Below the pieces are notes generated by a model, which worked only from the letters and a program-made list of their open reading frames with translations, had not been told where the DNA came from and did not search any database. Shown piece by piece: positions 53,004 to 64,000 of a stretch of 64,000 nucleotides of DNA. The stretch covers positions 87,048,001 to 87,112,000 of the forward strand of contig CM060731.1 in the NCBI GenBank assembly GCA_030704615.1, written 5' to 3'. How positions within the stretch are numbered: the stretch's first letter is position 1; each line of letters starts with the position of its first letter. Made by a program: the position numbers and the translations under genes. Source of the DNA: Takakia lepidozioides. Taxonomy: Eukaryota; Plantae; Bryophyta.

Positions 53004-54720
53004 GGGAATGCGGTCCCGCATCTCAGTTCGACATCATCCTCTCGTTGATTGTTATCGGAAATGCGGCACCGCATTTCCGTCAATAGGGAAACCAAAATAC
53101 TGGTGCAACGGAAATGCGGTACCACATTTCAGTCCATTGTAAAAGCAGGCCCTTGGTGGAACAAAAATGCGGTATCGCATTTAGGTCCAACGGGACTAGG
53201 AACACACGGTAGAAAATAATTGCGACAGCGCATTTTCATCGACTAGAACACTTTGGATAGGCAGGAACGGAAATGACGTGCCGAATTTCCGTCCGGTCTA
53301 TTTCAATGGAATCCAGTGGACGGAAATGAGGTTCCGCATTTCCATCCGGTGTGCTACTTTCGATTGCTGTTGGACGGAAATACGGCGCCGCATTTCCGTT
53401 TTGCATCTTAGTCATGCACCAGTGCGACGGAAATGCGGCACCGCAATACCGTCCGGGGGAGACCTTCATACTATCCAGAACGGAAATGCGGTACCGCATT
53501 TCCGTTCTGACTAAAAATCGTGAACCACCAGAACTGAAATGCGGCACTGCATTTCCGTCCGAGTCGCACCTTGCGACATTCCAGAACGGAAATGCGGCAC
53601 CGCATTTCCATTTTGTATCTGTGGCATGGAGTTGTGGGACGGAAATGCGGCACCGCATTTCCATCCGGGGGAGACCTTCATACTCTCCAGAACGGAAATG
53701 CGGTACCGCATTTCCGTTCTGACTGAAAATCGTGAACCACCGGAACTGAAATGCGGCACTGCATTTCCGTCCAAGTCGCACCTTCCGACATTCCAAAACG
53801 GAAATGCGGCGCCGCATTTCCGTTTTGTATCTGAGGCATGGAGCTGTGGGACGGAAATGCGGCACCGCATTTCCGTCTGGGTGAGACCTTTATACTCTCC
53901 CGAACGGAAATGCGGCACGGCATTTCCGTTCAACAACTAAGGTATGTGAAGGTGGAATGGAATTGCGGTACCGCATTTCCGTTCAGATTGAAAATCATGA
54001 ACCATGGGAACTGAAATGCGGCACCGCATTTCCGTCCGAGTCGCACCTTCCGACATTCCAGAACGGAAATGCGGCGCCGCATTTCCGTTTTGTATCTGAG
54101 GCATGGAGTTTGTGGACGGAAATGCGGCACGACATTTCCGTTCAACAACTAAGGTATGTGAAGGTGGAACGGAATTGCGGTACCGCATTTCCATGCAGAT
54201 TGAAAATCATGAACCACGGGAACTGAAATGCGGCACCGCATTTCCGTCCGAGTCGCACCTTCCAACATTCCGGAACGGAAATGCGGCGCCGCATTTCCGT
54301 TTTGTATCTGTGGCATGGAGCTATGGGACGGAAATGCGGTGCCGCATTTCCGTCCGGGGGAGACCTTCATACTCTCCAGAACGGAAATGCGGTACCGCAT
54401 TTCCGTTTTGACTAAAAATCGTGAACCACCGGAACTGAAATGCGGCACCGCATTTTCGTCCGAGTCGCACCTTTCGACATTCCAGAACGGAAATGCGGCG
54501 CCGCATTTCCCTTTTGTATCTCAGGCTTGGAGCTGTGGGACGGAAATGCGGCACCGCATTTGCGTTCAACAACTAAGGTATGTGAAGGTGGAACGGAAAT
54601 GCGGTGCCGCATTTTCGTCCAACAAGTACGGTATGTGTAGCTTCGGGATGGTACTTAACGGAAACGTGGCGCTGCATTTGCATTTTCACTCTAACTCATC
54701 AGACACTGGGACGGAAATGC
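53004..54720. repeat. Array of 31-33 palindromes GGAAATGCGG(C/T)(A/G)CCGCATTTCC at 53-bp period
   Basis: Starts counted at 53004, 53057 ... 53322, 53376 ... 54595, then 54660 and 54713; ~31-bp spacers; a 212-bp higher-order unit in the distal part. Confidence 0.95.
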
Positions 54721-54955
54721 CATGATATGTGAACACGTGGACTAACGGAATATCGGCACATGTTTGCACTCTATCTGACTGAAGTGGCAGGAGGCGGCGC
54801 GGCCTGACCGTTGGTTAATAATGTTTGTTTTTCGGACGGCAGACGTACCCTTGACGATTCGAATTTCGTAATGACGCATAGTCCACGAGGAGACACTTTC
54901 GTCCAAGCCTTTCGAACCCAAGTGGTGCATCACCGCCGTTTCATCTTCTTTTGTT

Positions 54956-57870
54956 GTGTCTACTCAGTCACCCCTCTCGCGCCCTTTTGATCTGCACTCT
55001 TCGCCCCTTTTCCCTGTCTATGTGCTTCTTATGCTCGAACTTAAGAGGAAGGGAGTTCGTGCACCAGAGAAGAGACATCGTGGCAAGCTCCGAAAATTGT
55101 ACTTCGGACGTAAGCCAATGCCGAAGGGGAGGAAGCAGATGCGTCTACAGGAGGAGATTGCCATCTCGCAGCAGCAGGCCATGGAGGCAACCCAGCCACC
55201 AGTGAGAGCTCCGTGCTATCGGGATGCGCGCAGCTGATCGAGCACTGAAACCCCCCTCATTTTTCTTCTGTAATTCTTAGACTGTATGCTAGGAGACTTG
55301 AATATAGAAGATGTTTGCATGCCTAACCGGAAAGGTGGACGTGCTGGAGGGATCGCAGGAATCCGAAGAGCCGCAAGAAGAGTCTGTGGAGCTAGCTTTA
55401 GCACGCACACCCAGCCGATCCACGAGCACGGGTCTTCCTGTCGGGCCTAGCCCTGTGCGTTTCAAGGACGCGGCTTCGAAGGGCAAGTCTTTGCAGTTCA
55501 AAGCCCCAGAGAACGACTCGCGTTCAAAGGTCATGGAGAATCGCCAGCAGGGGTCGGGCCCTTCTCCAGCAAAGACGAAGAAGAAGCAGCCCGTCCTTCA
55601 ACTGGTTTCTGAACCGGACCAGGCCGTTTCCCCCCACCCCAGCGAATGAAGCAGAAGGGTACAGGGTAGATTCAATTGCAGCAAACACCTTCACCTGCAA
55701 GAATGAGGAAGCAGAAGGCAATCAGGGGGAGGGCGGAGCAGTCTCCCGCAAAACCGATTCCACGAGCTGAAGCCCAGTTCCTGCTTGATTTCCAGCCTGG
55801 TGATGTTGGGGGTCGTCTCTGCTGCAGCGAAGGCAATGGGATCGACCAATTTCGTCGATCTGTTACCGGAGGAGGGTGCTGCCCTCAACGTTGCAGCAAG
55901 ACCTGACCACCGTTGAGGAAGATCTTCATAATACTGCAGGCCCGGAGGAGGCCTCTGCAATGCAGAATTGCCCGCAAAGATTCCCCAGAGTGCAGCTCCA
56001 GTTGGGGATGCTCCAGCTGCTCAGCCCCTACCGCCACCTACAGAAATGTCTCCGGAGGAATTCCAAAGTGCAGCGGATACAATGTTGGAGGAGACACACA
56101 GTAGCATTGGCAGAGTTCTGGGCAGCAGGGTATTCCAGCGGACTCTTCGAATCCCACTCTGTCGCATGGTCTCCCTTCCCATCGTCAGGCAGGCACTTCC
56201 CGGAGATGTGGATAAGCTCAAGTTCGCATTTCGAGAAGGGTACCGTCTAGGTTCGCCAGCCTTCTACGTTTCCATTGAGAATGAGGACGGCGAAACTCGT
56301 GGACCCACTGCGGATGAATTGTCAACATGGGATACCCACTGGCACACTCGCAACGACGAATTCGAGGCAACGCTGAAGGGTGATCCAGACTTCGGCCATA
56401 TGTCGGGTAAAATGTTCTTTGTGTGGGACGGGAATCACCGACTTCTTGCCTGGTGGGAGTACATCAAGCAGAACCATGCCAAGCACATTGGCTGGCATTA
56501 CATGGTGGAGTGTGTCATCCTCAAGGTGAAGGCGGCAGACTCCTTCCTGCTCAAGAATGCCATGGCGGACCTCAACTCGTAAGATACTCATACCCTCCCA
56601 AGCACGTTCAAAATGCGGTGCCGCATTTCGGTTTCCAATCTGTTTTGTTTCCGTGCTTCCGTGGACTGAACTGGAGAGTGTGCCTTGCAGGGTCACTGAA
56701 AATGCGTACGTGCATACCCACATGGCACATATGCTGTACAGGGTGAGGAAAACTGGTCTCACTGATCCGCACATGTTTGCGGAAATGCTGGAGCCCGAGC
56801 TCATTCAGAAAGCCGTGGCAAAAACTGACCGGACATGGTATCGTCTCACTATGGATGGAATGGTGGAGGTGATATACGAAGTAAGTCGTCCTCCCATTTC
56901 CCTCTGCTCATCCTTCCCCAATTTTCAGTAATCTTTCCACATGAATCGAATGTAACGCTTCTGCATGTTTTTGTTGGCAGTCAAACATCAAGCTGGATTT
57001 GGCCCATGCCAAACGCTTCTTCATGGAAAGTGAGGGCAGGTCAAAACGTTGCAGTCATTGACTGAGCACTTGAAGGAAGCCGGGGTCAAGTCCAGAACGA
57101 AATACAAGTCAAAGCTTGTGAAGCTGGTGGCATTGCAGATCCGGCACTTGGAAAGGACTTCATCCCCGAGATTGCAAAACACTATTCTCGGGCCATGCAG
57201 CCGACCATGCAGTTGGAGAAACTGCATCACCTCTCAACGGCATGTGTTGAGGCGAAAGAGAAGGTGAGGTTTCAATGCACTGAAAGTTCCTTCCTAGCAA
57301 TAGCCACTCTTCTTCCTGCTCCTGACATTGGATCGGAAATGGCAGACACGGTGGCTGTCGATCTGGAATGCATCGGAGAGTATAAGGACAATGTGGTCTT
57401 TTCCACTCGAAGTTTCCGACCCTGCAGTGGATGTGTGGCTCAACCGCATGACTTGGTGGTTCCAGGTAATTCAAGGTACTTCCCCAAATTTGCTTTTCTG
57501 AAATGAATTCCCTGAACTGCTACGTGACAATGCATGTGGGAATCGCAGGTAATGACGAATGCGAAGGAGCAAGTCGTAATGCATACAAATTTGTTCGGCT
57601 TGTACGTCAAATGGGATGGAACACAGACATTGGAAGACTACGTGACACGTTTCAGATGTGCGTACAAGGACAACCTCTTCGCCAGGGAGCTACAGACAGC
57701 AAGAAGGAGCGGAGTTTACACATCAGGAGGGAGCGGGAAAAGTTGCAATGCGAATTGTTTACAGGTGAAGCCCAGCTGTCCTTGTATGCGAAGCCTGGTT
57801 ATGAGGTTTGTCTGGGAAATGCGGCACCGCATTCGCATTTTATGTTTTCAGTTGCACTCTGCAAGTAGGT
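54956..57870 (+). CDS. Spliced accessory gene: low-complexity N-terminus + ParB/Sulfiredoxin-like domain (some frameshifts)
   Basis: IPLCRM..VRQAL..DVDKLKFAFREGY..FYVS..FFVWDGNHRLLAW; in-phase intron 56579-56690; further donor at 56881 and acceptor at ~56980. Confidence 0.7.
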
Positions 57871-58028
57871 TGGTCTCAACTTTTGCTCACGCATGCTGAC
57901 TGCCTTGAAGGTATATGAAATACGTGCTTCTTCAGACAGGGGCCCTGGCTCAAGAGCCCCTGTTCTTCATGGCTTGGACCGTGGCGGGCCCAAGCTGTGT
58001 CTACACACCCGAGATGAACAATGGCATG

Positions 58029-58555
58029 TGTCGTGCGCATACATATCACTACACAACTACATTGCTGTCCAAACCACACCACACATATATGCACAATAAA
58101 GTAGTCTGCCACAATGATAAGAAAACTAGAAACACACTGCTCACACCAGAAACAACATGAATCCATCGCTATCATTCTTTAAAACAGAAGTCGAGCCAGG
58201 GGCACCCCAAGCTATGGGGACTCCACCCCACAACAACCTACACTCCCATCATAAGCACACTCAAATCTAAACGCATGAAGGAGCTCGGTCACGCATGCTC
58301 AACTCGAGAAAGATGAGCCGCGCGACTGCCGCTCTCGTGAAGATAAGACGGACCAGGTGTCAAATTAAACTTGACACCTGATTTAACACTTGACCTAAAT
58401 CCAAGTGTTAAATACAAATAACTAGTTTTATTCTCGCTGTTTTCACACTGTGCTTATTTAACTTGACAGCTGTCGTGCGCATACATATCGCTACACAACT
58501 ACATCGCTGTCCAAACCACACCACACATATATGCACAATAAAGTAGTCTGCCACA
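58029..58555 (-). repeat. Two 85-bp TG...CA direct repeats (58029-58113, 58471-58555); short LTR-like termini of the PHD-gypsy
   Basis: TGTCGTGCGC...GTCTGCCACA twice; a PPT-like G run on the minus strand abuts the second copy. Confidence 0.65.
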
Positions 58556-60399
58556 ATCGCCCCCCTAGCTGGTGGATAGGTCCCTCTCCTCCAGATAGCT
58601 ACAAGATGTAATAGCCACAACCGTACTAAGTCCTCTATCACTGTCCCTATTGTACTCAAACTCTATAGACCAAGAGGCCGGGTACAAGAGTAGCCCATCG
58701 TTAGTCGCCATCTTGCAATCTATGAACTTGAGCCAGGATCTCGTGTGTTCAAGGTCTCCTAGTAGCTGGGCCTTGCGTTTCTTGTTAGCCTTCCATGGTT
58801 GTATCCACTCCCACTATCCAATGCAATGTGGACATAACCAATCCCATCTGGAACCATCTCAAGAGGTGGAGTCAAGCATCCCATATGCCAACCTCTAGAG
58901 CATCGATCACACACCAGCATGGTGGCTGCCCCTTTAGCAGACCCACACAACATGCACCTCAAACCTGCAGATACCACTGCAGGTTTGGGTCAATCCTGCC
59001 ATCGACATTCGGAAGGTGACATGGCGCACAATTACGCACATGGTCCTTCCAAGTTATGCCATCCCGACCCTCCAAGACCAAGACGCCTGAGGGCAAGACC
59101 TCTCGAACCCTCAAAATAACACGTCCTGCAGTCACATCCAGGGTCGTAGGAGCAGTCTGCTGCAGATAGACATAGTCACCAGGGTTGAATCTCCGAACCC
59201 CAGGACGATAGCCCCCACCACGTATGGTAGCATACCTCAACGTATCACGGTGTTGTGCAATGGCAAGGTTCTCAAAGCCATGGGCATGACTCTTTGAACA
59301 ACCTGCACGCTGCTCACATGCACGTGCCACACGTCCGGATCGTCAAGGTTAAGAACTGTAGCAGCTTCTCTGCGAATGGATGTAGGCAAATCCGGCTCTC
59401 GGCCAAAGAGAAGAAGTATGGTGAGAAGGAGGCAAGTGATGCTTGCTTGCTGAACCTGTAGCCCATGGCTAACCAGGGTAACTGAAGGTCCCAATCTCCT
59501 AGGTGTCCCTTCTGCAAGCCATACTTGCGCAAACCCCTCTTTACTGTCTGAACAACTCTCTCTGCCAAGCCATCGGCCTCAGGATGATCCCGAGAAGTGG
59601 TGCGGTGGTCTATCAAGGCCTTGTCACACAAAAGCCTGAAACTCCCCAAGAACTCTCTCCCTTGGTCCGTGAGTACCTCAGCTGGAGCACCGAATCGGCT
59701 AAGCACACAATCCAGGAACGCATACGCAGCTCCCTCACTAGCCTTATCAGGCAATGGAACCAATTCAATCCACTTGGAGAAGTGCTCCACCATCACCAAC
59801 ACGTACTTGTTGTGGCGCATGGTCAGTGGCAACGGCCCTGCGAAGTCAAGACTCCACCTGTAGCCCAATCCCATGATCGGAAGAGGGTGCAATTGTGGAG
59901 TAGGGGCGTTGAATGAAGCACGCACCCTGTCACACACCATGCACCTAGCCACAAATTGTTGCACCTCTGTGTGCATACCACGCCACCAATACTGCCCCTT
60001 CAGTAGACTATGAGTGCGTCGCACCCAAATGCCCCAACTCATCATGGGCATGGCGCACTAACCGTGCCGCTGTGTTGGGTGAGGCACAATCCTCACTCGA
60101 CCATCCTCCCACTCGGAGCAGGTGTGTCCCCTCCCACTTGAACCTCTTGGCTCGTTAGGATCTGATCCCTCTCCTTGGCAGTCACAGTGGCTGCCGTGTC
60201 TCCAGTGCGGAGGTAGTCCAACACAACTGAATCCTCATGTATATCTTTGGCGCCACCTTGCTCATTGCTGGCCTCAGGGTCCTCAGACACTTGATCTACG
60301 GTCATCCCTGTTGCAGGTCCAACCTGGCCTTCCGCTGCCAAGATACACAGAAATGCAGATGCATGCCATCCGGGCACCATCTCCTCGTCCGTCTCACCA
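58556..60399 (-). mobile_element. Ty3/gypsy integrase with C-terminal PHD finger (non-chromovirus), frameshifted
   Basis: YWWRGM..CMVC, WSLDFAGPL, LTDQGREF, DGLAER; PHD CMLC..MLVCDRCSRGWHMGCLTPPL. Confidence 0.92.
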
Positions 60400-63300
60400 G
60401 AGGTTTACTATTTCATGAGCAGAAACCATGAGCCATGAGCCATGAGCCGCATGAGCCGCATGAGCGGTGAGCCGAAGTCTAAGATACGCGGATTTCATGA
60501 GCGGACTCCTCCAAATTTGGAAATGCGGCAGATTAAACAAGTATTAAAATAATAGTTTTTTATTTGACCTTGCCGTTTTTGGACGTTCCAGATCATGTAA
60601 TGCGGCGAAGATATGTCGTCAGTAACAAGTCCGCTCATGGTTTTTTAGATCCGCTCATGGAAATAAGTGACCGTGCAACGGGAAATCCAGTATACCACTG
60701 CAAAAGGACGTCGCATACTGGCCTGTATAGAGTATTCCGCGGTTTTACATGCCTTAACATTGGAATGAAGCTGACCCTTTTGCCGCGATTGAACCAATGG
60801 AGTCTGCACCAATACAGTCTGCAGTACTTCACAATTCTGTCTTCTTCGGGTATTCGGCGGGAAAGGTTTGCAACTGAACTGGGAAATAGGTGCCGCATTA
60901 GGGTTCGCACGTGCGAAATTTCGGAGCGGTTTGGTGTTGGCGAAGGCCGCCTCTGGTACCTACGACGATACTTGGAAATGCGGCGCCGCATTTCCTTGTC
61001 GGAGGTCGAATGAGGAAAGCAAGTTTTCGGAAAGCAGAAAAACATGAACCCTCCAACATACAAAAATACATGCACGTGGAAACAAGTGAACGATATAGTA
61101 ATATCTTAGTTCGAGCAAAACAGGTTACTGGTAGGCAAGACATATGTCGGACCTTTCTGTGGCCAGAGTCTGAGGTACTGGCAGCAGTACAGTTCTACTA
61201 TCCGAAAAGGATGGGCGTACCATTGTATGGGACCGCAAGCCAAGCTCACTGGTCCCCTGGATCCATATTCAGAAGAGTGTGAACCTCCTGGGGGCTCAAC
61301 CCTGGTGCATGTATGAAGTGATGAGTTGTGGAATTACAACGGAGTCTCTTTAGGTACACGTAGTACAAATGCTTGCAAGGGCAGTATGATGCCCCCTTGT
61401 TCGCCATGATCTGGAAGTCGGTGCAATTGCAGGTGGGTAATTCTGAAATGGTGATGGTGTACACCTCATTGCGAACAGCTGAGCCCGCCGTGGCCATCTG
61501 ATACACACGCCCGAATCCTGGTGGGGGCACTTCTGTCGAGCTCTGGATTGTACAGTTCATCCGAAGTGCATTCCCCATCCTTGTCTCGTTCACTTTTGAG
61601 GGAGGTCGCCGCCTCTTCGGTTTCCCCCAACGGTGTGTAGGATGCTTAGAGCTGTCGTGTCCCATTGTTCTTGCTCTCACAGGGGTCGGTGGTGGAGGCT
61701 GTGGAAGCGGAAATGGTTGTCTGGGGACGTCAGTGCGCTGCACCATCCGAAATCCTGCGGCGGTAAGGGCGTCGGCCTCAACCTGACTCAGATCGCAGCC
61801 TGGTTCCACCGGCCACACCGGGGAGCCTCTGGCATTGTTTGTATGCCGTACTTGGGCTTTCCATACACGCAAGTCATAATGTCGTGCCTGCAGAACCAGA
61901 ACTGGGTGGTTGTCGCCTCCGCAAACTTTGCATGGACAAATCTTCCTGTAAAAGTAGGAGCAGGGACAGCCCATCTGGATTCCTCCTTATCATCTCTAAA
62001 CAACGTTGCCGTGTATCCACGAATTGCGGAACACCTTCCTCGAAACGACGGCTTTGTGCGAGCAATTCTCCACTGTGATGCAGACACAGTCGTCTCCACA
62101 ATGGCTTGGCCATACTGCATAACAGCGGGCGGAATGTGGGGCAAGGGAGCGGTGGGAATTTTTTGCACGAAATCCCCGGTTGAAGGCGACGGCGATCTGG
62201 AATTTCTTGGGCTTCCACTGCTGGAAGACACATTGTGCGGCAACATGACGGGACCTCGAGGTGCTGTCCGAATGTTCCTGTCGGATCTCCAGGAATCCTC
62301 TTCGCACCCGGGTTCCTCTTCAATCCTCCGCCTGACAGGGCGAGTCCGGACGTCCCCCTCTAGGTGTTCACCTCTGCGGTGCAGAGGCGTCCCTTTGATC
62401 TTCTCTCGCAATGCTGTCGCCCATTTCACTGGATTCTTGGACCTCGAAGCTGTTCGTACCAACAATTCCTCCCTGTCCGGCCCAAAGCCCCATTGTTTGC
62501 CGCTCAGGAACTTGTAGTACGTGGCTTGCTGCATGATTGCTCTGTCGATGTCCTCCGTTGTGGCCGTCACTACGTCCACCAGATGTGCGGCAGAAGACGC
62601 TCGCCAGGAGGAGTGGACCGATTCTGCCATATTCGTGTTCGGCATGTCCGTGTCGGAATCCAAGCACCGCTCCTAGAAGGACACAAACAATGGTGAGGGA
62701 CCAATCGAAATGTCCGTAACAGAAAGACAAATGAACGAAATTGACAGCAGCCTACCTCCCGCATGTACTGTCCGAACTGTCGATACCGAAAATGCCACCA
62801 CCCCAACCAGCTGTGCAATGCTCCCAGATTGGTTGTCTCCACTGCACCTGACGTGTTCCACCAAGCCTCGATGATAGCAAACTTAACCTCCGCGTCATCA
62901 AATGTGGGTGCATCCTTCCACGCCGTACAAAGGACACGGTGTTCAGCCTGGAATGAGCTAGCAACAAATTTGGTAGTGTAGTGGGATAGACTCTGCATCC
63001 AATGGAATCCACAGGATCTCTCTTTCCCCTCCATTGGAACATTGGGGTCCTCACCGTACACACGCCGCACCGCTGCCCAGTTGGCCTGAGCGTTGTCTGC
63101 CATGAATCCCCTGAAATTGGGCTCTGGCAATCCCGCCCTTGCCATCTGCTCGTTTATGCCCTCCCACAGATGCATCTCGGACTGTGTGTCCTCCCCTTTC
63201 ATCTCGCAGATTGCAATCGTCATGAGCCTCTTGGAGTGATAGTCATAAACATGCGCACCCATAGTCACCCACTGATGGTTTGTAATTCGCTTGATGTGAT

Positions 63301-64000
63301 CAAACATCACCCAAGCATTCGACAAGTTTCCAGTTGTCATGCGAGTGACCAAGTCGACTCCACTCCCAGGCCCACACGTCGACATTTTGAAAATGTAACA
63401 ACGATCGGATTCGCTGCCTTGCCCTGGAAACCTGCTACTTGGATGTAGTCATATCCAGTCATTCGTTTCACCTCCAGGATTGAGTACATGTCCGACCCCT
63501 GCCGAACTCCTGCTTGCAAGATACGATGTGATTCCGCACATTCGGACTACAAACGTGCGAGACGGACTCCAAGAGGTCACGCATCTCGTCTTCGGTCAAG
63601 GGCTCTCGGTCGGAACCATCTTCAGACATGATTTTGCCAAGAGCAATCTTGTGGGCTGCCTTCAGCTGAATCTGCTTTGGTCTGGCTCCGGGGCTCAATT
63701 TCACCTCCTCTTTTATGATGTCGTGTGCTTCCTGCACAGCCTCACGCATGTTGCCTCTCGCCAAGGGGTGGCAGTGGACCCCAACGTGTATGCAAGCTCT
63801 AGTCAAGTCCGGGAGCAAATGGATTACGTAATATTGCTTGGCTCTGCACATGGACATGCACGTCGGTGGTTCTTTGCAATGTGCACACTTGAAAGAACCC
63901 GCAGGAGCTTGGCTGGAGACAATGAATGGATGATGCGTTGTGCCAGTCCAATCCGTCTCGTTTCTCCGCCCTCCTTTGGAGAGAAAGTGGAAGCAGGTGG
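60400..64000 (-). mobile_element. MULE copy E (subfamily 2), runs off the window end
   Basis: Terminus GAGGTTTACTATTTCATGAGC at 60400; closely similar to 48368-51760. Confidence 0.92.
61246..64000 (-). pseudogene. Mutator-like transposase, subfamily 2, partial (few frameshifts; intron ~62675-62755)
   Basis: VMFDH, FMADN, CGFH, NTNMAES, SWIM CNC..CPCKH all present. Confidence 0.9.

Larger units (their letters stand above)
48368..57880 (-). mobile_element. MULE copy D (subfamily 2): transposase, 53-bp array, divergent ParB-like gene; far end not found
   Basis: Terminus GAGGTTTACTATTTCATGAGC + CATGAGC repeats at 48368; the ATGCGG..CCGCAT palindrome persists to ~57830. Confidence 0.85.

Noticed and set aside
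53004-54720. CRISPR array
   Set aside because: Spacers recur in higher-order blocks, there are no cas genes, the context is a eukaryotic transposon and the same motif is dispersed in introns
53236-54725. ORFs with GNAAPHF / KCGTAFP repeats
   Set aside because: Same artefact from the 53-bp array
55968-56582. Bacterial contamination or plasmid parB
   Set aside because: The gene has in-phase GT-AG introns and is embedded in plant transposons
60635-61075. Small ORF conserved near the termini of D and E
   Set aside because: Explained by recent element duplication; broken in copy D; no motif

Overview
Eukaryotic, repeat-dense nuclear DNA, most likely from a non-seed land plant. This is inferred from moss-style PLS-PPR motifs, a PHD-bearing Ty3/gypsy element and CACTA/MULE content. 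The first ~17 kb hold LINE debris, a decayed PLS-PPR gene, a TTAA-flanked piggyBac-like MITE and a spliced coiled-coil gene on the minus strand. The rest is nested transposons: a CACTA element (TnpD and TnpA divergent), a chromovirus, a PHD-gypsy, and five pieces (A-E) of one Mutator-like family in two subfamilies. This family has a WRKY/GCM-type zinc DNA-binding domain + DDE + SWIM transposase, ~21-bp TIRs (GGGGGCTG/GAGGTTT[G/A]-CTATTTCATGAGC), subterminal CATGAGC repeats and an apparent 8-bp TSD. The best candidate for a novel system lies inside it. Upstream of the transposase is a long array of 22-bp palindromes spaced at 53 bp (about 5 helical turns). The palindrome sequence differs between subfamilies while the spacing is kept. 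In copy D a divergent spliced gene with a ParB/Sulfiredoxin-like DGNHR domain flanks the array, giving a ParB/parS-like or VANC-like protein-plus-site-array module carried by a plant DNA transposon. All domain calls come from motif recognition by eye; no searches were run.
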